64,000 bases of DNA, from the IMG/VR virus record IMGVR_UViG_3300020420_000671; one strand, written 5' to 3'. Source of the stretch: a virus (Duplodnaviria > Caudoviricetes). Below the pieces are notes generated by a model. That model saw nothing but the letters and a program-made list of their open reading frames with translations, ran no database searches and was not told where the DNA came from. Position numbers and translations under genes: made by a program. Position 1 is the first letter of the stretch; every line of letters begins with the position of its first letter. Below, piece after piece: positions 8,795-18,144 of this stretch.

Positions 8795-9529
8795 ATGAAA
8801 GATATTTTACAAGATGTAGTCGCAAAAACACATGCCCTTGGGTTCCTTAACTTGGTTAAGGTGACAGGCGATGACACATCAACAACAATTGAATCAATGG
8901 CTGAAGACAGAAGTGTGATTCTCACTGCCAACACTAAAGACAAGGTAGAAGAGTTTGGTGCTAATGTTTTCGGTATGCCTAACATGGATAAGTTGGCTTT
9001 ACATTTAAAAAATCCAGAGTATCAAAAGAACAGTAAACTTACAATTACTAAAGCACAAAGAAATGGTGTTGAAGTTCCTACTGGAATACATTTTGAAAAT
9101 GAAGCTGGAGACTTCCAGAATGACTTTAGATTTATGGTAGCAGAAATCATAAATGAAAAACTTAAAAGTGTTAAATTTAAAGGGGCGTCTTGGGACGTGA
9201 ACTTTACTCCGTCTTTAGCATCTATTACTAGAATGAAATTACAGAGTGCGGCACACACAGAAGAAACTGTGTTTACTGTAAAAGTAGAAGACAAAGACTT
9301 GATGTTTTACTTTGGTGATGCTAATACACACGCAGGTAAATTTGTTTTCCAGAATGCTATTGAAGGAGATCTAAAACATACTTGGGCTTATCCGGTAGCA
9401 CAGGTACAAGCTATACTTAATCTGGATGGGACAATAACAATGTCGCTCAGTGATCAAGGAGCAATGCAGATTGCTGTCGATAGTGGAATGGCAACTTACA
9501 ATTACATATTGCCAGCACAAAGTAAATAG
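8795..9529 (+). CDS. Probable sliding clamp / polymerase processivity factor
   Basis: 244 aa, repeated beta-alpha-beta pattern, C-terminal YNYILPAQ; replication context; not motif-proven. Confidence 0.55.
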   Translation: MKDILQDVVAKTHALGFLNLVKVTGDDTSTTIESMAEDRSVILTANTKDKVEEFGANVFGMPNMDKLALHLKNPEYQKNSKLTITKAQRNGVEVPTGIHFENEAGDFQNDFRFMVAEIINEKLKSVKFKGASWDVNFTPSLASITRMKLQSAAHTEETVFTVKVEDKDLMFYFGDANTHAGKFVFQNAIEGDLKHTWAYPVAQVQAILNLDGTITMSLSDQGAMQIAVDSGMATYNYILPAQSK

Positions 9530-9536
9530 GAGGTTT

Positions 9537-9743
9537 ATGACCGAAACAGACGAAAACTTAAGATCAGAAGATACAAGTTATGAAAATGAACAAAGTATGG
9601 TAACAATACCCCTAAAAGAATATGACAAGTTGAAGGGAAGATCTAAATACATTACTGATAGAGATCTTATCAGTTGTATAGACAAGATAGAAGAACTTGT
9701 TAGAGCTTTAAGGAAACACATAGTAAGGACGGACTTAGATTGA
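9537..9743 (+). CDS. Hypothetical protein
   Basis: AGGAGG RBS then ATG at 9537. Confidence 0.65.
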   Translation: MTETDENLRSEDTSYENEQSMVTIPLKEYDKLKGRSKYITDRDLISCIDKIEELVRALRKHIVRTDLD

Positions 9744-11200
9744 ATACTAACCTAACCAACGAACAAAAGGACTACGCAATATTTTTGCCAGCATTGAGCG
9801 GCTTTTTTGCGACCTTTGTCGGAAAACAACGTAAGGAAGAATACGTAGAAAAAACACGTATTCCTAAATGCTTCCCCAATGAGGTTGAAAGTTTAAACTG
9901 GCTTAACCCTAGTAAGTCTATGTTCAATTATCATTGGAGTTTGTATTCAGCGGGTCATGCTGATCTTGACGTAAACAAAGATGCTCCCAAGGAAGATATG
10001 GTTAGAGATAGAGATCATAAGAACAGTTGGTTGTTAGGTGACTCGGGTGGTTTTCAAATTGGTAAAGGTGTATGGGAAGGTGACTGGAAAGATCCTAATT
10101 GTCCTAAGGCAAAGAAGAAACGTGAACAAGTGCTTACATGGATGGATGCCTATATGGATTATGGAATGATACTTGATATTCCAGCTTGGGTATCAAGATC
10201 AGAAGCAGGACAAAAAGCAACAGGAATAACAACTTATCAAGAAGCAGTCAATGCCACACGTATAAACAATGATTACTTTATGAAAAACCGTAATGGTAAC
10301 TGTAAGTTTTTAAATGTTTTACAAGGTGAAAATCATGCTGATGCTGAAGATTGGTATCAACAAATGAAAGACTATTGTGATCCTGTAAAATATCCTAACA
10401 CACATTTTAATGGTTGGTCCATGGGAGGACAAAACATGTGTGATATTCATCTAGTTTTGAAAAGATTGGTAGCACTACGTTTTGATGGTTTACTGGAAAA
10501 AGGTGTACATGACTTCATGCACTTCTTAGGCACATCTAAGTTAGAATGGGCTACCCTATTAACAGATATACAAAGAGCAGTTAGAAAATATCACAACGAA
10601 AACTTTACAATTACTTTTGATTGTGCTTCTCCATTTCTTGCTACTGCTAACGGACAGTTATACATACAAACAGAAACACAAGACAGAACAAAATGGGTCT
10701 ACAGAATGGTGCCTAGCATAGATGACAAGAAATATGCCAGTGACACAAGAATATTCAAGGATGCTGTTTTACAAGATGGTATATTTAAAAATTTTACAGA
10801 CAGTCCTGTGACTAAGGACTTGTTAGTAAAAGACGTTTGTATATATGCTCCAGGTGATTTGAATAAAATAGGCAAGGAAGGAAAGACTAGTTGGGATAGT
10901 TTTAGTTATGCTATACAAATGGCACACAACGTTTGGAGCCATATAAATGCGGTACAAGAAGCGAATAGACAATATGACTCAGGTATAACTCCAGCAATGC
11001 TTATAGATGAATCCTTTGATAGAATTTTATTTAGAGATGTTATTGAAGCAATTTTTGCTACATCTAATAGAGATGAAGCTGAAGCAGTAATAGAAGAATT
11101 CAGTAGATTCTGGATATCAATTATAGGTACACGAGGTGCCGTTGGTAAAAAGACAGTGAATGCTTCTACACAATTTGGAAACCTATTCGAGGAGGTATAA
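9740..11200 (+). CDS. tRNA-guanine transglycosylase-fold protein, probably a DNA deazaguanine transglycosylase (DpdA-like)
   Basis: LGDSGGFQ, MILDIP, NVLQG, MHFLG and FDCASP are TGT-like; TTG start; clustered with folE/queE. Confidence 0.75.
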   Translation: MNTNLTNEQKDYAIFLPALSGFFATFVGKQRKEEYVEKTRIPKCFPNEVESLNWLNPSKSMFNYHWSLYSAGHADLDVNKDAPKEDMVRDRDHKNSWLLGDSGGFQIGKGVWEGDWKDPNCPKAKKKREQVLTWMDAYMDYGMILDIPAWVSRSEAGQKATGITTYQEAVNATRINNDYFMKNRNGNCKFLNVLQGENHADAEDWYQQMKDYCDPVKYPNTHFNGWSMGGQNMCDIHLVLKRLVALRFDGLLEKGVHDFMHFLGTSKLEWATLLTDIQRAVRKYHNENFTITFDCASPFLATANGQLYIQTETQDRTKWVYRMVPSIDDKKYASDTRIFKDAVLQDGIFKNFTDSPVTKDLLVKDVCIYAPGDLNKIGKEGKTSWDSFSYAIQMAHNVWSHINAVQEANRQYDSGITPAMLIDESFDRILFRDVIEAIFATSNRDEAEAVIEEFSRFWISIIGTRGAVGKKTVNASTQFGNLFEEV

Positions 11201-11201
11201 T

Positions 11202-11384
11202 ATGGGGACTGGAAGAGCTAGTAAAAGAGCTAAGAAACTACAAAATCTACACAACTATTTCCACAATAAAGTAGAACAAGTAGAGATTGAAAGAAACGGC
11301 GATAGAACTTGGCAAACAAAGGAACATCTTATTAGATTAAAAAAACAAAAATTAGCAATCAAAGATAGGTTACAGAATGAATAG
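11202..11384 (+). CDS. Small coiled-coil protein (DUF465-like)
   Basis: GGAGG RBS; LKKQKLAIKDRL motif. Confidence 0.55.
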   Translation: MGTGRASKRAKKLQNLHNYFHNKVEQVEIERNGDRTWQTKEHLIRLKKQKLAIKDRLQNE

Positions 11385-11922
11385 AGATTACGAAAACGGA
11401 CAACAAAACGATATAGATTACTTTGTAGGAAGAGAAGTAGAAAAAACTCCAGCCTATGATAAGAATACTTTGTTTGTAGTAGGCATAAAACCTGTGAAAG
11501 ATGTGTTAAAATTAGCAACAAGAAATGATTGCGATCATGTTTATTTAGGAGCAAATCAAAGTTTTCATCTTACAGGAGAATCTGGTACAGAAGAAGAAAG
11601 CCAAGGTTGGGACAATTTGGTCACAGAACTACTTAAAGCAGGACTTTGGGTAACATTGGATTATGATGTAAGATATCATGATTATGTAATAGAAAGCGGA
11701 TACAACGAAAATGACAACTTTATAAGCATGATATCAGTAAAACTACCACACGTTAACCAATTGAACTATAACGCATGTATTAAGTTAGATGATGTTGATT
11801 TCAAAGCTACAAATCCAGGTGTTTGGGTATCATATGTACAAGAACATTTGGATAGAAAAAAATTTACAGATTGGGAAAAATATACCAAAGATCTGCCAAT
11901 TAAGGTTGACAGTGAGCATTAA
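11377..11922 (+). CDS. Hypothetical protein embedded in the deazaguanine cluster
   Basis: 181 aa, coupled between the TGT-like and T-fold genes. Confidence 0.7.
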   Translation: MNRDYENGQQNDIDYFVGREVEKTPAYDKNTLFVVGIKPVKDVLKLATRNDCDHVYLGANQSFHLTGESGTEEESQGWDNLVTELLKAGLWVTLDYDVRYHDYVIESGYNENDNFISMISVKLPHVNQLNYNACIKLDDVDFKATNPGVWVSYVQEHLDRKKFTDWEKYTKDLPIKVDSEH

Positions 11923-11934
11923 AGGTAGTATACT
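11906..11934 (+). promoter_or_regulatory. Sigma70-type promoter
   Basis: TTGACA-17 nt-TATACT. Confidence 0.7.
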
Positions 11935-12021
11935 ATGTTTGGAAATGTTGAATATTCAGAACCAGAGCGATATTATGATTGGATGCTTTGGAAAATGAGA
12001 CAAGAAAGAGAAGAGGCAAAT

Positions 12022-12408
12022 ATGAAAACAAAAGCAAAAAGAATGATTTGGGTAACTTTTAGAAAAGAAGGTATCCACAAATATCCGGCGGCATTAGATG
12101 ATCCTAAATTAGCTACAGGTGACGAGTATGATGTTTCATTTTTAGGATATCCACATAGACATATATTTCATTTTAAAGTAGGTATTACTGTAACACACAA
12201 CGATAGAGATATTGAGTTTATACAATTTAAAAGATGGATGGAGAAACTTTACGCAGAAAAAACACTAGAACTAGATTATAAGTCATGTGAAATGATGGCT
12301 GATGATTTGTACGATAAGGTTACAGAAAAGTATCCTAACAGAGAAGTACATATTGATATTTCAGAGGACGGTGAGAACGGTGCTCACATTGAATACCCTA
12401 GCTACTAG
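12022..12408 (+). CDS. QueD-paralogue T-fold protein (DpdL-like)
   Basis: LGYPHRHIF, SCEMMA and EDGENGA; lacks the canonical QueD Cys..HGH. Start 12022 chosen because the ATG at 11935 abuts the -10 box. Confidence 0.7.
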   Translation: MKTKAKRMIWVTFRKEGIHKYPAALDDPKLATGDEYDVSFLGYPHRHIFHFKVGITVTHNDRDIEFIQFKRWMEKLYAEKTLELDYKSCEMMADDLYDKVTEKYPNREVHIDISEDGENGAHIEYPSY

Positions 12409-12421
12409 AAGGAGAAACAAA

Positions 12422-12679
12422 GTGAAACAGGGTGACTACTTCGTTAAGAATCCAGAGATTGTAAAAATCTTTGACGATTTAGAACAATACAAAAAGTTTT
12501 GCCAAATTGCTTTTGGCTATGGCCATGACGGCTATGTTTTTAATGAGAAAGACCTTTACAATGACAAAAGTCGTGCCTGGCGTGCCTTTTGTAATTTTAG
12601 AAAAGGCAAAAAACGTCCTTACTTTAAAAAGTTTGATAAAAAATTTCAAGGACGTTATTATAGTAAAAGGAGACACTAG
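12422..12679 (+). CDS. Basic hypothetical protein
   Basis: AAGGAG RBS, GTG start, coupled to the GT gene. Confidence 0.55.
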   Translation: MKQGDYFVKNPEIVKIFDDLEQYKKFCQIAFGYGHDGYVFNEKDLYNDKSRAWRAFCNFRKGKKRPYFKKFDKKFQGRYYSKRRH

Positions 12680-13746
12680 TGACGATTTATATAGTAGATA
12701 TTGAAGCAGTTGATACACGTTATACAAAACAATGGAAAGAGCATCTTCCCTCTCAACTAAGACAATCTACTAACCATAAAGTTGTTACTATAAGTGGCGG
12801 AGATACTCCCCAGGCAACAACACCTGGGGCGTTTCTTAACTTTGGTGGTACTAACGTATACAAAAGTAAACAGTTAGAACAGATAGGAGAAATGTTTTGT
12901 AAAGGTGAAGTTAAAAAAGGTGATTACTTTCTTTATACTGATGCTTGGAATCCTACTGTTATACAATTACGTTACATGTCAGAACTATTAGGAGTTCCAA
13001 TTAGAATTGGAGGACTATGGCATGCCGGTTCATATGATCCACAAGACTTTTTAGGTAGATTGATAGGTGATAAACCTTGGGTAAGACATGCTGAAAGAAG
13101 TATGTATGCTTGTTTTGATGATAACTTTTTTGCCACACAGTTTCATATTGATATGTTTCTTGATACGTTTAAACATAAAGGAAGTGACCTCCAATGGATA
13201 CAAGTAGATGAATCTAAAGTAAAGAAAGTTGGCTGGCCAATGGAGTATCTAAAAGATAGTTTAACTTCTTATAGAAAGATGGACAAAATAAATTCTATAG
13301 TATTTCCACATAGACTTGCTCCAGAAAAACAAATTGACATTTTTAAAGATCTAAGAGAAAGTATGCCAGAATATGAGTTTGTAATATGTCAAGAAAGACA
13401 ACTGACAAAGAATGAATATCATAACATACTAGGCGAAGCTAAAATTGTTTTTAGTGCTAACTTACAAGAAACTTTGGGAATAAGTTGGTATGAAGGAGTA
13501 ATAGTAGGTGCCCTTCCACTAGTTCCTGATAGATTAAGTTATAGTGAAATGGCTACACAAGATTTTAAATATCCTAGCATTTGGACTAAGAACTTTGAAC
13601 AGTATCAAAGATACAAACCGCAGTTGATAGCAAAAATAAAAGACCTAATGGAATACTATGATGAATATTTAGGGCCATTAGAAAAACAACGTTTACAACT
13701 TAAAAAGTTTTTTGATGGTGAAAAGTTATACGGGAGTATAAAGTAA
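12679..13746 (+). CDS. GT-B fold glycosyltransferase (GT4-like)
   Basis: FPHRLAPEKQ and QETLGISWYEG (E-x7-E) donor-binding motifs. Confidence 0.75.
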   Translation: MTIYIVDIEAVDTRYTKQWKEHLPSQLRQSTNHKVVTISGGDTPQATTPGAFLNFGGTNVYKSKQLEQIGEMFCKGEVKKGDYFLYTDAWNPTVIQLRYMSELLGVPIRIGGLWHAGSYDPQDFLGRLIGDKPWVRHAERSMYACFDDNFFATQFHIDMFLDTFKHKGSDLQWIQVDESKVKKVGWPMEYLKDSLTSYRKMDKINSIVFPHRLAPEKQIDIFKDLRESMPEYEFVICQERQLTKNEYHNILGEAKIVFSANLQETLGISWYEGVIVGALPLVPDRLSYSEMATQDFKYPSIWTKNFEQYQRYKPQLIAKIKDLMEYYDEYLGPLEKQRLQLKKFFDGEKLYGSIK

Positions 13747-14093
13747 TGGGCGACGATCATAAAATTACAATTAATATTAGCAATCCGGAGGACAACTATT
13801 CTACTTATATTACTAGTGGAACCTCAACGATCGCTCCTAGTTTTAACATAGATGATTTAAATGATACTGGCTCAGAATATGCTATAAACACAGATTACAC
13901 TTATACTACAGACGGTTTTGATATTAGTATGCCTGGTATAGACAATAGCCCAGACACTTGGCCTGCTGAGTATAGAGTAAAGGAAATGATTGAAAAGTAT
14001 CCAGCTTTGAAAATACAATATGAAAAATTTTTAGAGATTTATAATTTAATTAAAGATGACCATAAGGACAATTTGGATGACATTCTTAAGTAA
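13746..14093 (+). CDS. Hypothetical acidic protein
   Basis: 115 aa ORF with TAATG coupling. Confidence 0.6.
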   Translation: MGDDHKITINISNPEDNYSTYITSGTSTIAPSFNIDDLNDTGSEYAINTDYTYTTDGFDISMPGIDNSPDTWPAEYRVKEMIEKYPALKIQYEKFLEIYNLIKDDHKDNLDDILK

Positions 14094-14586
14094 GTTTATG
14101 GATAAAATAGGAAGACGCAGAGTAATTACAGATAGGACTGGGAAGATTCCTTATCTTATAAGATACTATGTGTTTCTAAAAGATAGAAAACATTTTCCGT
14201 TCAACATAACCTTACATAAGGTTTTAGTAAGTGATGAACCTAAACTACATGACCATCCTTGGAACTGGGGAGCAGTAATATTGAAAGGTGGTTATTGGGA
14301 ACACATTCCTATTAGATCAATGGAAGGAGCAGTAGTTGGTAGCACAAGAGAATGGAGAGGTCCTGGGCACATTAGATTTAGAAAAGCAGAAGACTTACAT
14401 TGGTTAGAATTAGAAAAGGATAAGGACGGTAATGAAATACCTTGTGTCAGTTTATTCTTGATGGGTAAGAAACGTAAAGAATGGGGATTTGTAGACTGGT
14501 TTCCAGCAACAGAGAAAAACTGGAGAAACGCAGGTTATAGATGGGTACATAATGAAACATACTTAAAGGAAAGGCAGAATGGTTAA
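14077..14586 (+). CDS. Cupin-superfamily protein
   Basis: LHKV..SD..LHDHPW..ILKGGYWE and LHWLEL cupin metal motifs. Confidence 0.6.
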   Translation: MTFLSKFMDKIGRRRVITDRTGKIPYLIRYYVFLKDRKHFPFNITLHKVLVSDEPKLHDHPWNWGAVILKGGYWEHIPIRSMEGAVVGSTREWRGPGHIRFRKAEDLHWLELEKDKDGNEIPCVSLFLMGKKRKEWGFVDWFPATEKNWRNAGYRWVHNETYLKERQNG

Positions 14587-15112
14587 AAAGCATTACTACA
14601 CTTGGAAAGATGTAGAAAGAAGTTGTATTAGCATCGTTAATCAAATGTATACTGACCAGTGGCGACCAGATTACATTGTTGGTATTACAAGAGGTGGTAA
14701 TATTCCTGCTACGATAATTTCAAACATGACAGGAATACCATGTGAAGCAATTAAAGTAAGTCTTAGAGATGACAGCAAATTAGAAAGCAATACTAGAATG
14801 GCAATGGATGCCTATGGCAAATTTCAACAAGGACAAAACAAAAACGAAGGAAAAAACATTTTAATTGTTGATGATATAAATGACACAGGAGCAACGTTCA
14901 ATTGGATAGTAGATGATTGGGAAAGAAGTTGTAATCCTGGTGATACAGAATGGAGAAACGTTTGGTGTGAAAATGTACGTTTCGCAGTAATAACAGATAA
15001 CTCAGCAAGTGATTTTAAATTTATGGTAAATTATTCAACACATGAAGTGAATAAAAAAGAAGAAGACATTTGGTTAGTTTACCCTTGGGAAAGGGTAGGC
15101 ACATATGATTGA
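14579..15112 (+). CDS. Type I phosphoribosyltransferase (xanthine/guanine PRT-like)
   Basis: GITRGG, ILIVDDINDTGAT PRPP-binding loop, VYPWE. Confidence 0.88.
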   Translation: MVKKHYYTWKDVERSCISIVNQMYTDQWRPDYIVGITRGGNIPATIISNMTGIPCEAIKVSLRDDSKLESNTRMAMDAYGKFQQGQNKNEGKNILIVDDINDTGATFNWIVDDWERSCNPGDTEWRNVWCENVRFAVITDNSASDFKFMVNYSTHEVNKKEEDIWLVYPWERVGTYD

Positions 15113-15689
15113 ACATCAATTAATTTTTCCTACACAGGTATTTAGAGCCCAGTATCAACCTGCTAATGAATTACAAAGGACTGTGGTACCAATATTATTA
15201 GAACAAGAGAAAAATGATCAAAAACCTTTAAAGTATACTGCTAACGGATATACTGACTATGGTAGAGAAAACTTATTAGAAAGACCCGTGTTTAAAGACT
15301 TGAAAGAGTTCATTGATGATGTAGTGGTGCGTTGTCATAAACAGACAGGCTTACAAAACACACCGTCACTTAAAAGCAGTTGGTTTAGTATTAACCGTAA
15401 ATACACATATCACGAAGAGCATAATCATCTTCCAGACACATGGAGCGGAGTATATTATATACAAGCAGATAGAGATCATCCAGGGCTTACTTTGGTTAAT
15501 CCTAACATGAAATCAAACTGGCCTGGTACATATGGTAGAGCAGAATTGAACGATGTTAATTCATCAAGTGTTACTTGTGCGGCATTTACAGGAAGCCTAA
15601 TAGTATTTCCAAGCCATTTACATCACAAAGTAGAACAACAAACAGTAGATAAAGAACGTATAATGGTGGCATTTAATTATGGATTCTAA
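15105..15689 (+). CDS. Putative 2OG-Fe(II) oxygenase
   Basis: HNH..WSGVYYI, IVFPSHLHHKV, RIMVAFN. Confidence 0.8.
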   Translation: MIEHQLIFPTQVFRAQYQPANELQRTVVPILLEQEKNDQKPLKYTANGYTDYGRENLLERPVFKDLKEFIDDVVVRCHKQTGLQNTPSLKSSWFSINRKYTYHEEHNHLPDTWSGVYYIQADRDHPGLTLVNPNMKSNWPGTYGRAELNDVNSSSVTCAAFTGSLIVFPSHLHHKVEQQTVDKERIMVAFNYGF

Positions 15690-16014
15690 ACCTTGGACAG
15701 ATATTTTGATTGATACGAGAGATTATACAGTTTATAGAGACAAGTATCCAGTAACAGAAGGACACATACTTTTTGTACCCAAAGAACAAACCTTTGAAGC
15801 AATACAAAAATGCTATAAAGCCGCATACGGCTGGGGTTATGAATGGGTAGAAAAAGGTTACTGTGATGCTTATAATGTTGGACAAAATGTAGGCAAGGAA
15901 GCAGGTCAAACTGTTCCTTATCCACATATCCATCTCATCCCACGTCGCAAGGGTGATATGGAAGATCCAAGAGGAGGAGTGCGACACGTGATCCCTGAAA
16001 AGGGAAGATATTAG
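15679..16014 (+). CDS. HIT-family nucleotide hydrolase
   Basis: GHILFVPK, GQTVPYPHIHLIPR histidine triad. Confidence 0.9.
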   Translation: MDSKPWTDILIDTRDYTVYRDKYPVTEGHILFVPKEQTFEAIQKCYKAAYGWGYEWVEKGYCDAYNVGQNVGKEAGQTVPYPHIHLIPRRKGDMEDPRGGVRHVIPEKGRY

Positions 16015-16017
16015 GAG

Positions 16018-16239
16018 GTGAAAATGAAGCCAGGTGATGCTCTATTAGTTGCGGCTAGAAAACAAGCAGAAGGTGAAATTGCGGTACATCTTGCTAACAT
16101 TGAAGTTTACAAAACAATGCCAGCAGGTATTGGTGAACATTCAGATGTTACAGAAGCAGTTATCGCAGAGCTTGATAAGTTAGCGGCGGCTGATGACCGG
16201 TTAGAAATGCTTGACAAGTACTTCAAAGATAATGACTAA
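16018..16239 (+). CDS. Small conserved hypothetical protein
   Basis: AGGAGG RBS; GIGEHSD motif. Confidence 0.65.
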   Translation: MKMKPGDALLVAARKQAEGEIAVHLANIEVYKTMPAGIGEHSDVTEAVIAELDKLAAADDRLEMLDKYFKDND

Positions 16240-17059
16240 AACATTATTCTTGGGTGACAGCCATTCACATGGTTACTTCGAAATGGGTGGAAAAGTCCAC
16301 GCATGGGAAAGCAATAACTATGCTGAAATATACGCCAGAGATAATGACAAACAAACTGTAATTTACAGTATTCCAGGCGGGTGTAATAGAAAGTATCCTG
16401 CCTGGTTAAAATCAATGCTTGATAGATATCAAGACATAGATGAAGTATTTGTTCAATCAACTTACTGGAATAGATTTTTATTATCCTGCTCAAGAGACTT
16501 AGGAGTCGGAGAGGAAACTGATTCTAGCCTGTACCTGGACGAAGACCAACCTAAAGACGAACTAATTGATAGATACACAGATCATAGAATAACAGATGGT
16601 TATATAGAAATGATCGAACAAACAAGGAAAGAAAACTATGAAGAATTCAAAGGATTTGCTTTTAATGATATGAAAGTTGGACATGATTTTAAAACATTCC
16701 ATGAAAAATATTCTTATACAAAACTATGGCATGAATTGGTTACACCATTACAGTATAAAGACTATTGTATCGATCTTTATGCCATAGATAATATGTGTAA
16801 GGAAAGAAACATAAAATGGTATCTTTGGAGTATAAATGATAGGGTATTCGTTCCTGAAAATATCAATTACTATGGAAAGCTATCTTGTATTAGAGCGCCT
16901 ATGAGTGCTGAATCTTTTTTCAAAACTAAGATGGATTTGGATATTGAAACGGATCATTATAGACTTGATGGTGAACATTACATTAGAGAAATACACAATA
17001 AGATAGCTAGAGACTATATTGGTTATTTAAAGGATCCTAATTATGAAATTAAGACTTGA
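16232..17059 (+). CDS. SGNH/GDSL-like hydrolase or acyltransferase
   Basis: N-terminal LFLGDSHSHG, C-terminal DGEH. Confidence 0.55.
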   Translation: MTKTLFLGDSHSHGYFEMGGKVHAWESNNYAEIYARDNDKQTVIYSIPGGCNRKYPAWLKSMLDRYQDIDEVFVQSTYWNRFLLSCSRDLGVGEETDSSLYLDEDQPKDELIDRYTDHRITDGYIEMIEQTRKENYEEFKGFAFNDMKVGHDFKTFHEKYSYTKLWHELVTPLQYKDYCIDLYAIDNMCKERNIKWYLWSINDRVFVPENINYYGKLSCIRAPMSAESFFKTKMDLDIETDHYRLDGEHYIREIHNKIARDYIGYLKDPNYEIKT

Positions 17060-17084
17060 CAAAAACCTAAATAAAGTATATAAT
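17056..17084 (+). promoter_or_regulatory. Sigma70-type promoter
   Basis: TTGACA-17 nt-TATAAT upstream of folE. Confidence 0.85.
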
Positions 17085-17127
17085 AAACAGAAATGGCAAT
17101 CCACTGCCTTAACATCGGAGATGAAAA

Positions 17128-17817
17128 TTGGATAAAAGTGAAGAAATTATTAAAAGACTGCGTGATGCCAACATTAGGTATTGGGCAGGTGATAATATTA
17201 GTGAAGTACTAAAACAAGGTGACAAGGAAGCCTTAATTGAAGAACTTACTCCAAAGTTTGAAACAGTACTAGACAGTTTAATTATTGATCGTTATAATGA
17301 TCCTAACAGTAAAGACACTGGTAGACGATTAGCAAAAATGTATATCAATGAAATAATGAGTGGTAGGTATGAGCCTATGCCAAACGCAACTGCTTTTCCT
17401 AACCACGTAGATGATGGTTACAAAGGAATGTTGGTTGTGCGAAGCGAAATAAAAAGTATGTGTTCGCATCATCATCAACCTGTAAATGGTGTGGCATACA
17501 TAGGTATCATTGCCGCAGAAACACTAATAGGACTTTCTAAGTATACACGTATAGCTCAATGGTGTGCTAGAAGAGGAACATTACAAGAAGAACTAAACAA
17601 TGTAATTGCTAACGAAATACAAAAAGCAACAGGTAGTTCAAACATAGGTGTCTATTTACAAGCAACACATGGTTGTTGTGAAAATAGAGGTATAGGTGCT
17701 CATAGTAGTTTAACACAGACTACTGTACTACGTGGAGCATTTAATGAGGATCCAGGAACTAAAAAGGAGTTTATGGACAATATTAAACTACAACAAGAAT
17801 TTGCTTGTGGAAAATAG
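17128..17817 (+). CDS. folE: GTP cyclohydrolase I
   Basis: SMCSHHHQP, GLSKYTR, LQE, HGCCENRG; TTG start after GGAG. Confidence 0.95.
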   Translation: MDKSEEIIKRLRDANIRYWAGDNISEVLKQGDKEALIEELTPKFETVLDSLIIDRYNDPNSKDTGRRLAKMYINEIMSGRYEPMPNATAFPNHVDDGYKGMLVVRSEIKSMCSHHHQPVNGVAYIGIIAAETLIGLSKYTRIAQWCARRGTLQEELNNVIANEIQKATGSSNIGVYLQATHGCCENRGIGAHSSLTQTTVLRGAFNEDPGTKKEFMDNIKLQQEFACGK

Positions 17818-17827
17818 AAAGGATAAC

Positions 17828-18028
17828 ATGAATCATTTTTCAGTTAGTATAGTTAAAAGTATTTTTAGAATCGTAGCAGGTGGATTATTATCCTATGGAG
17901 GCTACGTTTTTTGGTCGGCAAATATGTACAGTGATATCTTTATAGCAGACAGTGGGTTTGTAATAATGTTATCAGGTGGAGCATTTGTCATAGCAGAAGC
18001 ATTAGGTATAATAGAGGAGATAGTGTAA
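17828..18028 (+). CDS. Small membrane protein
   Basis: Two hydrophobic segments. Confidence 0.55.
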   Translation: MNHFSVSIVKSIFRIVAGGLLSYGGYVFWSANMYSDIFIADSGFVIMLSGGAFVIAEALGIIEEIV

Positions 18029-18141
18029 TGAAGTTAAGCGAATTTAGAAAAAAGTTCGGTGAAGGTACAGATTTTGATCTTGACTATGGTAAACTTTTTA
18101 TTATAGCAATTTGTATTTACATTGCGATTAAGGTCAGCTAA
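18028..18141 (+). CDS. 37 aa membrane miniprotein
   Basis: Hand translation MKLSEFRKKFGEGTDFDLDYGKLFIIAICIYIAIKVS; GAGGAG RBS; fills the gap exactly. Confidence 0.55.
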   Translation: MKLSEFRKKFGEGTDFDLDYGKLFIIAICIYIAIKVS

Positions 18142-18144
18142 GAT

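Noticed and set aside
11935-12021. Longer N-terminus for the T-fold gene
   Set aside because: The ATG directly abuts the -10 box, so it would lie upstream of that promoter's start; it could only be used from read-through transcripts, so it is left unresolved
16211-16239. TTGACA as a promoter
   Set aside because: No -10 hexamer at 16-18 nt spacing; lies inside a coding region
17085-17127. preQ1 riboswitch upstream of folE
   Set aside because: Lacks the preQ1-I stem-loop and A-rich tail pattern; only a 4 bp stem is present
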